Assembly: GCF_006345805.1 (NCBI RefSeq)
Contig: NC_043001.1
Span: forward strand, 65,596,001-65,660,000
Length of the DNA stretch: 64,000 nt
Origin: Octopus sinensis
Lineage: Eukaryota
Direction of reading: 5' to 3'
Below the pieces are notes generated by a model that was not told the DNA's origin, did not search any database, and worked only from the letters and a program-made list of their open reading frames with translations. The position numbers and the translations under genes are program-made. Positions 37,300-49,179 of the stretch are shown one piece after another. Every line of letters begins with the position of its first letter. Position 1 is the first letter of the stretch.

Positions 37300-39560
37300 C
37301 ACCCAACCGAAAATAATCAACCAGTCAAAAAAAATCCTGAGTTCTATACAAATCAAAATCCTAGCAAGAGGTCTAAAATTTACCCCTACCCTCCGCAGAT
37401 CGAACCCAATGAAATTAAGGACAATACTTTGGACTTCTGCCGAAAATTACGCCTCACAGAAGCTCTTTACAACTACACCAGTGAAGATGACTCAATAGTG
37501 AAAAACAAAAGTGAGTACCATCCTACAAAAGGTAGAAATAAAGCACTTGATGCTTTCTGTGATCACATAACTTGTTTTCCATACAATACCATTCCCAAAC
37601 AACATATCAAATCCAACCTTAATTTAAATGAATGGAAAGACCTTGTCGAGCTAAAAAATGACATAAACCTCACTATTAAAGAAGCCGACAAAGGAAGTAC
37701 GGTAGTATTGATGGATACAGAGTACTACAAAAATTTAATACTTTCCATGTTGGAAAATAATACTTACTATGAAAAACTAACATATTACAATCCACAGAAA
37801 ACACTGAAAAACCTATCCTCCTTACTCCAAATTCATGGAAAGGGTCTTACAACACATGAAATTGACTATTTATCCAATTTCAAATACAGTCCTAGTCTAT
37901 TCTACGGATTACCCAAAATACATAAAAATCCACTCATTTGTGAAGCCTGCAAAGTCTCTACAAGCCTATGCATTAATGTCCCTCCCCCTACTGACCTCAA
38001 ACTCAGACCCATCATAGCTGGCCCTTCTTGCGAAACCCACCGTTTGAGTAACTTCCTTGACATATTACTCAAACCTCTTTTAAAATATGTGAAAAGCTAT
38101 ATTAGGGATGGCCTAGACATGCTGAACCACCTCCCGAAGACAGTAAAGGACGGAACTCTACTGGTGTCTTTCGATGTGGTGAATCTATACACTAATATCC
38201 CACACGACTATGGTATAGAAGCAACCACATTTTGGCTAGAAAAATACCCAGAAGAGATCCCAGGACGAATTAACCACAATTTTATAATTGAAGCACTGAA
38301 ATTCGTCCTGTTGAACAATCATTTCTTGTTCTATACTACTTACTATCGACAGAATGCGGAATTGCAATGGGGACCAGAGCTGCTCCAGTGACTGCAAACC
38401 TCGTAATGGGTTACCACGAATTTAAATTATACCAATCATCACTAGAAAAATATGGCGCCTCTTTCAATTGCTACTTAAAGGAGAACTGGAAGAGATATTT
38501 AGATGATTGCTTCATACTTTGGCAAGATAGCATGGATCAACTCCTTGAATTCAAAAGAATGCTCAACAACATACACAGCAATATACAATTCACTATTGAA
38601 CACAACTGTAAGTAACTACCTTTTCTAGACATCTTAATTAGAATAGTTAACAACCACATAGAAACAGACATCTTTTATAAACCCACAGATTCTAAACAAT
38701 ACCTATTATTTAACTCCTGCCACCCCAAACACATAAAAATCAACATACCCTTTAACCTAGCAAAAAGAATCTGCACCATAGTTTCCGATACATACACTCG
38801 TGAACATAGACTCCTTGAACTTAGATCTACACTGACTAAAAGACACTATCCAATCTCATTAGTAAATGAAGGCATCAAAAGAGCTAAGGAAATAGATATA
38901 CAAAGATTAACGAAAACTAGCCGAAATACTAAACAAGACTTAAAAATACTCCCGTACATCTCCACACATAACCCTAGAAACAACGAAGCCTTCAACATCA
39001 TCACCCAAAACCTTCCCATCCTCACAGCAGACAAAACAATGAACGAAATTTTAAGCTCATATAAAATTATAAAAAGCAAAAAGCAACCGAAGTCACTGAA
39101 AAGAATATTAACCAGCGCTAGACTTTACCCACTAACTACTGAGCCAAAAGTGACAAAATGTGGACATTCTAACTGTGGAACATGCCCCCACCTTCTGGAG
39201 GGTTCAGAATTCCAATTCAAACAAGGAGAAATATTTAAGATCAAATCAAACTTCACCTGCGCCTCAGCAAATGTAATCTATGTCATGACATGCATAGGAT
39301 GTGGTAAACTCTATATTGGACAACCAGGAATTTCGCTCCGTCAAAGAATCACCATTCACAAAGAGCAAATCCGTCACCCACAATACAGACAGTTAAAGGT
39401 GAGTGAACACATAGAAAGATGTGCCAGGAATCTTAATCCCAATTTCCAAATATTTCCCTTTTACCAATGCTCACAGAACACCACAATGCAAACAAATTTC
39501 TCTCCCAACTAAATATGAACACACAACTCAATACAGAACACCACTAACTCTTCAATTGAA
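37300..39560 (+). mobile_element. Penelope-like element, near-complete RT + GIY-YIG ORF with few disablements (Penelope/Poseidon-like)
   Basis: KILARGLKFTPT, IKEADKGSTVVLMD, FYGLPKIHK, LRPII, SFDVVNLYTNIP, AMGTRAAP, WKRYLDDCF, LPFLD, YKPTD, CGHSNCGTC, NVIYVMTC..C..LYIGQ, LRQRITIHK. Frameshifts near 37390 and 38355; TAA near 38613; 3' end deleted. Confidence 0.95.
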
Positions 39561-39589
39561 ACCACAATATGCACGGTGAATTGATGTCC

Positions 39590-40190
39590 GGTAAGTTACT
39601 ATGACTGGGTAGAGACCGGAAGATAGAATAATGGTTAGATTTGGTGGTGACAGAGAGGGAGACCAATGTTCAGTAACTAGGTGAGAGCGACGGATGGAGA
39701 GGACGAGACCAACTTAGCAGATTTGTAAACGTTTCGGCCTCTGTAACAGCAGTGTCCATATGGAGGGAGTAACGCAATCAAGAAGTCTAGTATGGATAAC
39801 TATAATTACTTCAGAGAAAGTTGAGGTAATGTCCTTACATTGAAGACAAGAGATAATCCAACGACTTCTTTGTCGTTGAGCTTGGAGATTGATTGACGCT
39901 TCTATGACACATGAATAAATGAGCCTAACTGGAAGTGTCTGTTGCCAATATTCAAATGAATAAGCTAACAGAAAGATTATAACTGAGATGGTGTGGAAGA
40001 GAATCAGAAATTTATATCTCAAACATAATATTAACGACTTAGTGTTAGCAGTGTAGGTTTAGTGTGGGTCAGACCTGGACGGAAAATCTTAAGTATTGAT
40101 GCAGAGGATATAGTGATGTCTCGCAGAAGGTTATAGATACAGTTCATCAGCAGCAAGAAACATAATTTCAGTCTTGTTAATCAAATTTCT
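39590..40190 (-). mobile_element. Old L2-like LINE relic
   Basis: Minus-strand INKTEIMFL, IVIHTRLLDCVTP and TEHWSP resemble the L2 motifs KTE.LL, SRLDYCNS and LHWLP. Confidence 0.4.
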
Positions 40191-40466
40191 TCTCTTCTCG
40201 TTGATATTTCTAAAACTTTTTATGAGTTGTGGTAATTTCCCGTGGACAATTCAACAATTTTATCTACGAGTAATAAGCGAGTTTCACCTGAGAAATTATC
40301 AACGTTCATAAAGATCGATATTGATATTTCCTGTGCGTGTGAGGGATGGGGAAAGCGCACTATCTCGTGCGTTTTTCTTTCGTTCATAAATTTTGTTTTA
40401 GCATTTTCTCAATGGTGTGTCTTATGATTTTATGACTTGATGTTTTACGATATTTATAAAAATGAG

Positions 40467-40505
<39 letters not shown>

Positions 40506-41464
40506 CAATTTCTTGTTGCACATTGATAAAACTACTTGCTTACCCGACATATCGTACCAATATTCATAAGGTTAGTGGATATATCAACGAGAAAATAAGC
40601 GATTTGATCGACAAACATGTTTACGTTTGTCGCGCTTTGCTACGCTGTATTTACTATGAACCGCAGAAAGATTTTAGTATTGTGTAGCTGTCATCAGATA
40701 GTTCCTGTTCGTCTTTGTTATTTTCTTAATGCCCATAATGTTTGTCTCTTTCTCTGTGTGTATGTGTGTGTGTCTGTGTGTGGGTGTGTCTGTGTGTGTG
40801 TGTGTCTGTGTGTGTGTGTTTCTGTGTGTGCACGCGTGTGTATCTGTGTGTTTATGCGCATGTACACGTGTGTATACATGTACATATGGCTGTGTATGTT
40901 TAGACACATTTATCTGATTTATTCAGTTTGTAAGCTGCATGTTAGTCTTTTCTCTTTCCTAAACAATCGCTTTTCTAAACGAACATGTTTCATTGTTAAA
41001 CCTAGTATACTGATAATTATGGACAAAAAATGTAGATCATTGATTAGTTGGCAGTATATAATTTCTCATTTTTCCTATTTTTAAATAAAAGACTTTTAAT
41101 GGCTAACAGTACATGGCTTTTAATCCCTGCTCTAGAACACATTCTCAGTTCTATTATATTTGCAACGAACCAAAGTTATATTTGAACGTTTCACCGATAA
41201 TCTTTATCTTTAAATCGGTCACTGCTGCACCTTTGGTCCTTCCTGGCATTACCTACAAAACATGCGAGTTCCTGTCATACGGTACGCGTTCCGTTGCGTA
41301 TCTGTTTGCTTCACAAAAGTCTGTTCACATGTGTGGGAAGAGTAGTTATGACAGATTGTTAGAACATTACCTAAAACAGACTGATGTCTGGGTATATATA
41401 GAACACCCTGTAATAAATAGCGCTTCGAACGACTTGAAACGTTCCAACGATTTACATTATATAT

Positions 41465-41846
41465 GTAAGATGCTTGCTTCCCAATCACATGATTCCGGGT
41501 TCAGTCTCACTGCGTGGCACCTTGGGCAAGTGTCTCTGGGCCGACCAAAGCTTTGTGAGTGGATTTGGTAGACGGAAACTGAAAGAAGCTCGTCGTATAT
41601 ATTCATATATGTATATATGTATGTGTTTTGTGTGTTTGTCCTCCTCCCACCATCGCTCGACAACGGGTGTTGGTGTGTTTACGTCCCCGTGACATAGCTG
41701 GTCGGCAAAAGTCACCGCCTGGATAAGTACTAGGTTTACAAAGAATAAGTCCTGGAGTCATTTGTTCGACTAAAAGAAACACCTTAAAGTGGTGCTTCAG
41801 CATGGCCGCAGTCATGTGACTGAAACAAGCAAAAGAGTAAAAGAGA
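41465..41846 (+). mobile_element. SINE family A, nearly full length
   Basis: B box GGTTCAGTCTC, GGCACCTTGGGCAAGTGTC, internal (TG) tract, tail GGTGCTTCAGCATGGCCGCAGTC..ACTGAAAC-AAGCAAAAGAG. Confidence 0.88.
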
Positions 41847-41901
41847 ATATGTATGTGTGTATATACACATGTATATACATGTATATATGTGTATATATAA
41901 C

Positions 41902-41941
<40 letters not shown>

Positions 41942-44696
41942 AACACCTATCCATTCATCCATCCATCCATCCATCCATCCATCCATCCATACATACATAC
42001 ATACATACATACGTACATACATACAAACATACATACATATACACACACACATACATAGAGAGCACATGAAATCATGTAAAGTTAATTACTGGAATATAAA
42101 TACTCTTATATACACAGCCGCTATTACTCTTAAAGAACACCAGAACACTTAGGAGAACTCTACAGTGAACAAAGTAACGAAATTACTAGACGGAAGCAAC
42201 CTAGATGGAAAATAAATCTTGAAGGAAACATCAACAACGTGCGCCGCCATATTGGATGGTTAATTACAGCAATAAGGAGAAAGGAGAAAAATGGGTTTAC
42301 ACCTCACCAACTCTATCTTAGACAAAAATTAACGAAACTTTATGGCAGCTCTTCACACCAAGCTTTTTGAGGGAAAGCTAATCCCTTTAAAACATGAACT
42401 CTGGACGATGAGCAAGAAACTCCGCTGTCGCATGCGAATTTTTGAACGACCCAGTATCAATCGCAAGTTTGGGTTGGAACCCATAAGTATTATACAGAAG
42501 AAGGAAAGCATTACCATTAAGAAAGCTCCCTCCCAAGAAGATCTACAATTATTCTGGTCAAAAATTTGCAACGAAAAGAGGGATTTCAACCTGAATGCAT
42601 CATGGTTAAATACAATTGAGAGGATACTGTACCAACACTAACAATAAAATACAAAATCGATGCAGAAACGTTCGCTATAGTAGTAGGCAAACTGCAGAAC
42701 GGGAAGGCATCTGGAAGGGACCTGATAATTGGATATTGGTACAAGAAGCTGACTTTTTATAGAAACCAGTTGATATGTATGTTCAAAAGGACTATGGAAG
42801 GTCAGATTGATATACCAAATTGGCTTGCAACAGCAAGAACAAATCTTGTTGTCAAAAATCAAATCACTGAGATGGCAGGAAACTACAGGCCTATCGCTTG
42901 CCTAAACATTATGTACAAACTGTACACAAGTTGCCTCAACCAATTCCTCTGGGACCATTGTGAGTCGAACAACATTGTGACTGATGAACAAGCTGGTGGA
43001 AAGAAGTGAGTGTGGGGATGTGCCGAACAACTTTTAATAAACAAAGTTGTACTGTCTGAAGTAAGAAAACAGCGTAGAAATCTTGTGACATATGGCTTGA
43101 CTATAGGAAGGCATTTGACTCTATCCCTCATTCATGGCTTTTGAAGTTCCTACACCTGGCAAAAGTACATACCACCTTAATTGCTGCCAAAGAGACACTC
43201 ACAAAGACATGGATAACAATTCTCACCCTTCCACCTGAGAACAGAATAATTGTTTCAGATACTATAAGCATTTCAAAAGGAATATTCCAGGGAAATAGTC
43301 TTTCTGTACTTCTTTTTATTTTGGCACTGAGCTCATTATCGTTCCTACTGCAGGAAACAAATGGTTACATGCTAGAATCTACAACTGCTAGAAATATCCA
43401 TGTAATTTCTTGGTAGACGACCTGAAGATTTATGCTAAAAGTGTTAACAATGCCAACAAACAACTGGAATTAATAACATTTTCAGCTGATGTAGGCATAA
43501 AATTTGGCCAGAAGAAATGTTCATATTTGGTTATAGAATGAGGAAAGTCAGTCCCCAAAACCCAAAACCTGTGCATCAATGGTCTTTTTATCTCCCCCAT
43601 TCCACACAAAGAATGTTACAAGTACCTAGGCATATATGAAAATGTATCATATAAAGGCACTGTGAATAAAGATAGAGTGACCCGAGAATATTACACCAGA
43701 CTTAGGAAAATATGGCAATCGGAACTCTCCTGTTACAAAAAAACAATATTCCACAATACATTTACAGTACCAGTGCTGATCCCAACATTTGGGGTACTGG
43801 ATTGGTCTGTAGATATCAAAATCCGCAAAATCTTTACAATAACTGGGAACTTCCACAGAAATAGTGATGTTGACAGGATCTAAGAAGAAATGAAGGTAGT
43901 AGAGGCCTGAGATCAGTGCAGACGGCCTTCGAATGCCGTATGGTATCACTCAGGCACCACCTGCTGAATAACAGCAGCAAAAATATATATATAAATTCAG
44001 TGCTGAAAAGTGAAGTGAGCAATATTGTACGAGCTGGCAATGAGCTCCTCAAGAATCATTCTCTTCCTGATGATTTCCTATACAGCCCCAAAACAGTTGG
44101 GCTCTCTTACCTCAGAGAAGAACTGGATGGAAAGCACTCAGCATACAAAAAAAGAAAAAAGACTATGCATGGGTATGTTGCCCGGAAACTTGAAGAAGAC
44201 AGTAGAGTTGACACGAAATGCAGCCTCTCTTGAACACGAGACCAATACATCACCTCACACTTTGAAAGCTATGCGTTTGCAATCCAGGAACAGGAGATTG
44301 CCACAAAGTATCTGGTGAACAAGAGAGACAGTGACGCTCTTGTAAACCTCTTGTAAACGCTCTTGCATATGTAAGTTATGTCATGTTTCTGCGGAAGACA
44401 TGTGATAAGCAGCTGTTCTAAAATGTCGTCACGGTACTACCTTCCTATGGGGCACGATGTTGTTGCTAAAACAATTTACAATGCCATCCGCAGAAAAGAC
44501 TGTCCTGAAATAAACTTAGAAAATGCCTCTGCTATGGAATACTTTCATAAACACCAACTCAAGGAATACTTGTGGAATATTCCCATCAAAACTAATGTAA
44601 GCATAACAGGCCAGATATTACATTTATATATTTAAGAGATGAGGAATTATGTACATTATTTACAATTGACGGATATTTGTCCTCATCTTTTTGTTG

Positions 44697-44743
44697 TTAA
44701 CCAACGTTTCGGTTGATATACACTCCAGCCTTCATCAGTTGTC
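44697..44743 (-). ncRNA. Hammerhead ribozyme motif, partly decayed (left arm)
   Basis: Minus strand GACAA-CTGATGA-A-GGCTG GAGTGTATAT CAACC-GAAA-CGT-T-GGTT. Core intact, one stem II mismatch, stem I damaged. Confidence 0.6.
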
Positions 44744-44805
44744 TTGGGAAACATGGGTTCTCATTCCTAAGGTATTTTTCGATGTTGTTGTTGCTGTTGT
44801 TGTTG

Positions 44806-44852
<47 letters not shown>

Positions 44853-44865
44853 ATTATTATTATTA

Positions 44866-44903
<38 letters not shown>

Positions 44904-45046
44904 TATTATTATTATTATTCAGGTCACTACCTGGAATAGAACTCGGAATCTTGTAGTTAGTAGCCCGCGCTCTTAACCACTACGCCATGTGCCCTTAGGC
45001 ATATGGCGTAGTTCGATTCCAGGCAGTGACCTGAATAATAATAATA

Positions 45047-45100
<54 letters not shown>

Positions 45101-45105
<5 letters not shown>

Positions 45106-45660
45106 GTCCTGATGCAATACCAGGCAGTGGCTCTCATGGCTGCTGATCTTAACTGATTGGAAGTGTTATCATGTACATTGTTTTGTTGTGGTATAAAATA
45201 TAGGCTACAGCAAACATTCTGCTCAATGCCACAGATTTGCTTGTCAATTGTTTGACCTTAACCAGTTGAACATGTCCCTTAGTGGTTAACGATATGTGCA
45301 TCTCTGATCACAAGCAGAAGTAGTGGGGGAGCATGATAGCCATCTGTTGAAAGGAATTCTTAGAGGTTTGGACAATTCATTTCTGGAAACATGTGTGGTT
45401 CGTTCAACATCCCTAAACAATCCTTATTCAGGGATCTTTTGAGCGGGATGGGCTACTCAACCAGAAGAAAATTCTAACTGGGCCCCACCTGCAAGGTCAT
45501 CCGCTCTTTATCTTGATATGAGATCACCATGTTGCGCACATATGGTTGTGATGCATGTGCCTGGTGTACCCTTATCAGACGGGTAGTCATGATGGGTATG
45601 CTGGGCTTCGTATATTTTACCCCAGTGTCACTTTGATAGCATGCACTGCTCTCTCACTCA
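45101..45660 (+). mobile_element. ~560-bp non-coding element nested in the (AAT)n of the right arm; probably a Dong/R4-type 3' UTR fragment
   Basis: Absent from the left arm and flanked on both sides by (AAT)n. Family assignment rests on recall and on the known (TAA)n preference of Dong. Confidence 0.5.
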
Positions 45661-45681
45661 ATAATAATAATAATAATAATA

Positions 45682-45727
<46 letters not shown>

Positions 45728-45784
45728 AATAACAACGTCGAAAAATACCTTAGGAATGAGAACCCAGGTTCGATATTTCCCCAA

Positions 45785-45830
45785 GATACCTGATGAAGGC
45801 TGGAGGGTATATCAGCCGAAATGTTGTGTT
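45785..45830 (+). ncRNA. Minimal type I hammerhead ribozyme motif (right arm)
   Basis: Stem I GATAC:GTGTT (with G.U pairs). CTGATGA 45790-96, extra A. Stem II GGCTG:CAGCC. GAAA 45818-21. Stem III ATGT (ACGT in the left arm). Cleavage triplet GUU. Confidence 0.7.
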
Positions 45831-46405
45831 AACAACAAACAAGATGAGGAAAAATAACCGTCAATTGTAAATAATGTAAATAATGTAGGCCAGATATTGT
45901 TGTTTGGGGCAGAGGAGCAAAGGTACGTACTATCATAGAAGTTAGCTGCCCTGCAGATATAAAGATCTCTTTGAAAACCAAAGAAAAAGAGGATATCTGG
46001 GCAACTGCTTCGAAACCTCCAGCTTCTATATCAAGACTATGCATTCATATTCATACCAATAATAATTAGAGCAGAGGTTTTGTTAGTAAATGCTTAAAAG
46101 AAAATCTGGATAAACTGGGGTTTTCAGAAAGAGAAATTGACCGGTTGATTCGTACATTACAAGTCTATTCTGTGAGTGGAACAGTAAAAATATGCAAGAC
46201 TTTTCTCAAGTTCCAAAAGTGAATTTGTCTGTGTTAACTACATCCCAAAGATGGAGCCTTGTATTTTTGTTGGAAAACGGCTCCCTCCTCAGTGGAAGAT
46301 TTATAATAATTAAAAAATTGAAGAGACATACGTACATACATACATAATACATACATACATACATACATCATACATACGTACGTACATACATACACACGTA
46401 CACAT

Positions 46406-47380
46406 ATAGTGCTGAAAAGTGAAGTTAACGATATTCTACGTGTCGGCATCGAGCTCCTCAGGAAGCTCCTCTTCCTGATTACCGCCCATACAACCCTAAA
46501 GCAGTCGGGCTAACATACCTCTATGAAGATCTGAATACAAAACGCTCAGCATTCAATATGCAAAAAGAAAAAAAGAAATATGCACGGGTATGTTTCCAGA
46601 CGACTTGAAGAAGACGGGGATATTGACATGAAGCGAAGTCTCTCTTGGATTTGTGACCACTATGCATTTTCAATCGAAGAACAGGAGATTACTACAAAAT
46701 AGCTCATAAGCAAAATAGACAGTGAAGCCCTTGCAGCTCTGAGATGCAACCGAAAGTGTAGATTATGTCATATTTCTGCGAAAGACGTTACACATGATTA
46801 GCAGCTGCCAAACAATTTTCTCATGACGTCGGAAAAACAATATACAAAGCCATTCAGAAAAAAGTCTGTCCCCGAAAAAATATAGAGAATCTCCCTGTTA
46901 TTGAATACATACACAATCATGAACATAAGGTGGAATATTTCCATGAAGACGTCTGTCAAGTGTAAACATACTCTTTTTGTTTGTCCTAAATAACAATATA
47001 TGGTCTGTTGGCCATACATTGTTATTTAGGACAGACAAAAAGAATATGTATTAAAGCAGAGTTGAATATCTACTGATATGAATATCTCTTTGGAAATCAA
47101 CTATGGACAACTGCTTCGAAACCTCTAGCTTCTATATGCGGATTATAAATCCACATTTATACCATAAAGAATTGAAGTACTTGGTTTTGTAAGTAAATGC
47201 CTAAATGATAATCAGGATAAGCTAAAGTTTTCAGAAAAAGAAATCAACCTACTAACTCGCACATTACATATACAATCTCTAAATGGAACAGTAAAAATAA
47301 GCGAAACTTTTCTCATATTCAAAATATGACGTTGTTTTTGTTATTTACATCCAAACTATGGAGCTTTGTATATTTGCCAC
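46406..47380 (+). mobile_element. Second, more decayed 5'-truncated copy of the same R4-type LINE
   Basis: Aligns to 43995-46270 (GTGCTGAAAAGTGAAG..., CAGGAGATT, GGACAACTGCTTCGAAACCTC, GGAACAGTAAAAATA). Confidence 0.85.
46973..47042. repeat. 33-bp-stem hairpin (inverted duplication) in the second R4 copy
   Basis: 46973-47005 pairs with 47010-47042 with three mismatches and a 4-nt loop. Confidence 0.9.
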
Positions 47381-47389
47381 TTTCCTGTT

Positions 47390-48110
47390 TTAGCACCCCA
47401 TCATTAGTTGGGGTATGGCAAAGATCATGTCGGCTATCCCACGGCCCTCACCTGGCAGGTTCCCGTCTTCCATGTGCTGAGCAAGGCAGTTAAGGAGGAC
47501 TCTTGCGGGTATCATACCAGCGATAACAAGGAAAGAAATTCCTCGGTGATTGCCACAAGACTGCCTACTTCCCTTTCTCTTGAACAGGCGGGACAACTTT
47601 CTCTTGCCATATGGTCCGAAAGAGATTGGTGAGCCTCTATGCTAAGACTGATCCCTCTGCCTTGTATATTTCAGCTGGACTGAGTCAGGGCTTAGTGCTA
47701 TACCATTAGAGAGAAGCTTAATTGCTTTCTGAACCCCTGCTTCTGTTGGAGGCTCTGCCAAAGAAGTGAGATGTTAACTTGTGGCATGCGGGCAATGGCC
47801 TCAGCGTGATTAGAAGAAGGAATGTTCATGACGTTGTTCAAATACTCTGCCCATCTTTCCAGGATTGTGTTTTTATCAGTGAAGGGAGTGGTTATGTTCC
47901 CGAAAACTGTGCCCCTTAGATGGCTTCCGTATATGGTTTTCATGGCATCGCAGAAGCACTTGAGATTGCTGCTGTTAGCGTATTTCTGTATCTCATCCGC
48001 CTTGTTTCTGAGCCAGGAATTCTTCATATCCCTGAGCGTTACCTGCACCTTGCTTTTAGTGGCGTTGTAGGCTGCTTTCTTGGAAGCCGATGTGCTGGGG
48101 AGTGACCCAT
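47390..48110 (-). mobile_element. RTE (BovB-like) LINE internal fragment
   Basis: KSKVQVTLRDMKNSWLRNKADEIQKYA, ILERWAEY, FKRKGSRQSCGNHRGISFLVIAG, GRGIADMIFA. Confidence 0.85.
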
Positions 48111-48127
48111 TATACTCTGTAAAATTA

Positions 48128-48400
48128 GGAACGTAATCTATAAAGAGGGATGATGCAAAAACAGGACAACGACGTACATATGGTGAGATAGCACGTAGCA
48201 TAAGTAAGCGGACGAGTGAACTCTGGCGGGAGGTCGTGGTAGAGGAAAGCGCGACAGCGCTCAGTCAACATGTTCAATTAAAACAAAAGGCTCAGTTGAC
48301 AACATAGATGTTAGAATCTTATCAATACATAGAACAGATAAATTATGGAAGTCAGACACATTATAAAACAGGAGAAAATGGAATAGGTAGGACAAGAGGA
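48128..48400 (+). mobile_element. PLE GIY-YIG relic
   Basis: With one frameshift: RNVIYKEG*C..TTYI-GEIARSISKRTSEL..SATALSQHV, matching VIY..C..YIGET.RS...R..EH..AL..H. Confidence 0.55.
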
Positions 48401-48552
48401 CACTACTAGGACAGAGAGTCGTTGAAGAGGTCACAGAATGTGTGGCGAAAGAACTTTGAGAAATAAACTAAAAATAATGAGGAAACTAAAGTAATGATCA
48501 AATAAATATTACATGTTTAACTGGCAAAAGATGACCATCCCCATGTATAACA

Positions 48553-48613
<61 letters not shown>

Positions 48614-49179
48614 ATATAGATGCGCGCCACATGGTCTCAACTCTTCTCCCCTCTTCATCTAGCCTCCTCCCCTCTCCTCTCTCCCCCTCCTACCTCTCCT
48701 CTCTTGCTCCAACTCCTACTTCTCTTCACTCCTATTCTCCTTCTCTTTTCTCTTCGTTCTTACCTACCTTCCCCTTTCTCCCCTTCATCGACACCCTTCC
48801 CTCGTAACCCCACCTCACCCTACACAATCCAACCCCACCTTCCCTATCCATCCCATCCACCCCATCCTTTACACCCACTCCCACATACCCCACCTCTACC
48901 CCCACCCTCAGCCTAACCCACACTCCACCCTTGCTTTTCCCTTTCTCGCCTCCCCCACCTCCCAACACCATCACACCACTCGACACACCACTATACCATA
49001 CCACACAACACCACATCACATCACACCACCACGCACACACTAGCACTGACCACTTCCCAGCTCCACATCCTCACACCTACACATACACACACGCACACGT
49101 CAAGGTCACTCCCTCCTACCACACGCACATACATACGCATGCGCACTTTATTATCTCCCCTTCTTTCTAGCTCTCCTGT

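Larger units (their letters stand above)
44620..45886. mobile_element. Composite palindromic insertion: two head-to-head tRNA-head/(AAT)n/hammerhead units, 12-bp TSD
   Basis: AGGCCAGATATT at 44608-44619 and 45887-45898. Left unit on the minus strand 44994-44620, right unit on the plus strand 44998-45886, with a TTA spacer. Confidence 0.85.
42085..46312 (+). mobile_element. R4/Dong-clade LINE (RT + restriction-like endonuclease), interrupted at 44620-45886
   Basis: NYRPIACLNIMYK, EQAGG, WLDYRKAFDSIPH, GIFQGNSLS, DDLK, YKYLG, HVISSC..HDVVA. After the insertion it resumes with RPDIVVW..IIEVSCPAD..KEK and ends GTVKICKTFL. Confidence 0.92.

Noticed and set aside
41113-41571. 152-aa + strand ORF and overlapping - strand ORF as a gene
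   Set aside because: The 3' part is SINE sequence, the rest has no recognisable motif, and candidate splice sites are ambiguous on both strands.
44925-45035. tRNA-like sequences here and at 13330, 37170, 58141 and 62329 as tRNA genes
   Set aside because: A and B boxes are present but no full cloverleaf or acceptor stem, and each continues into a repeat body and tail. They are SINE heads.
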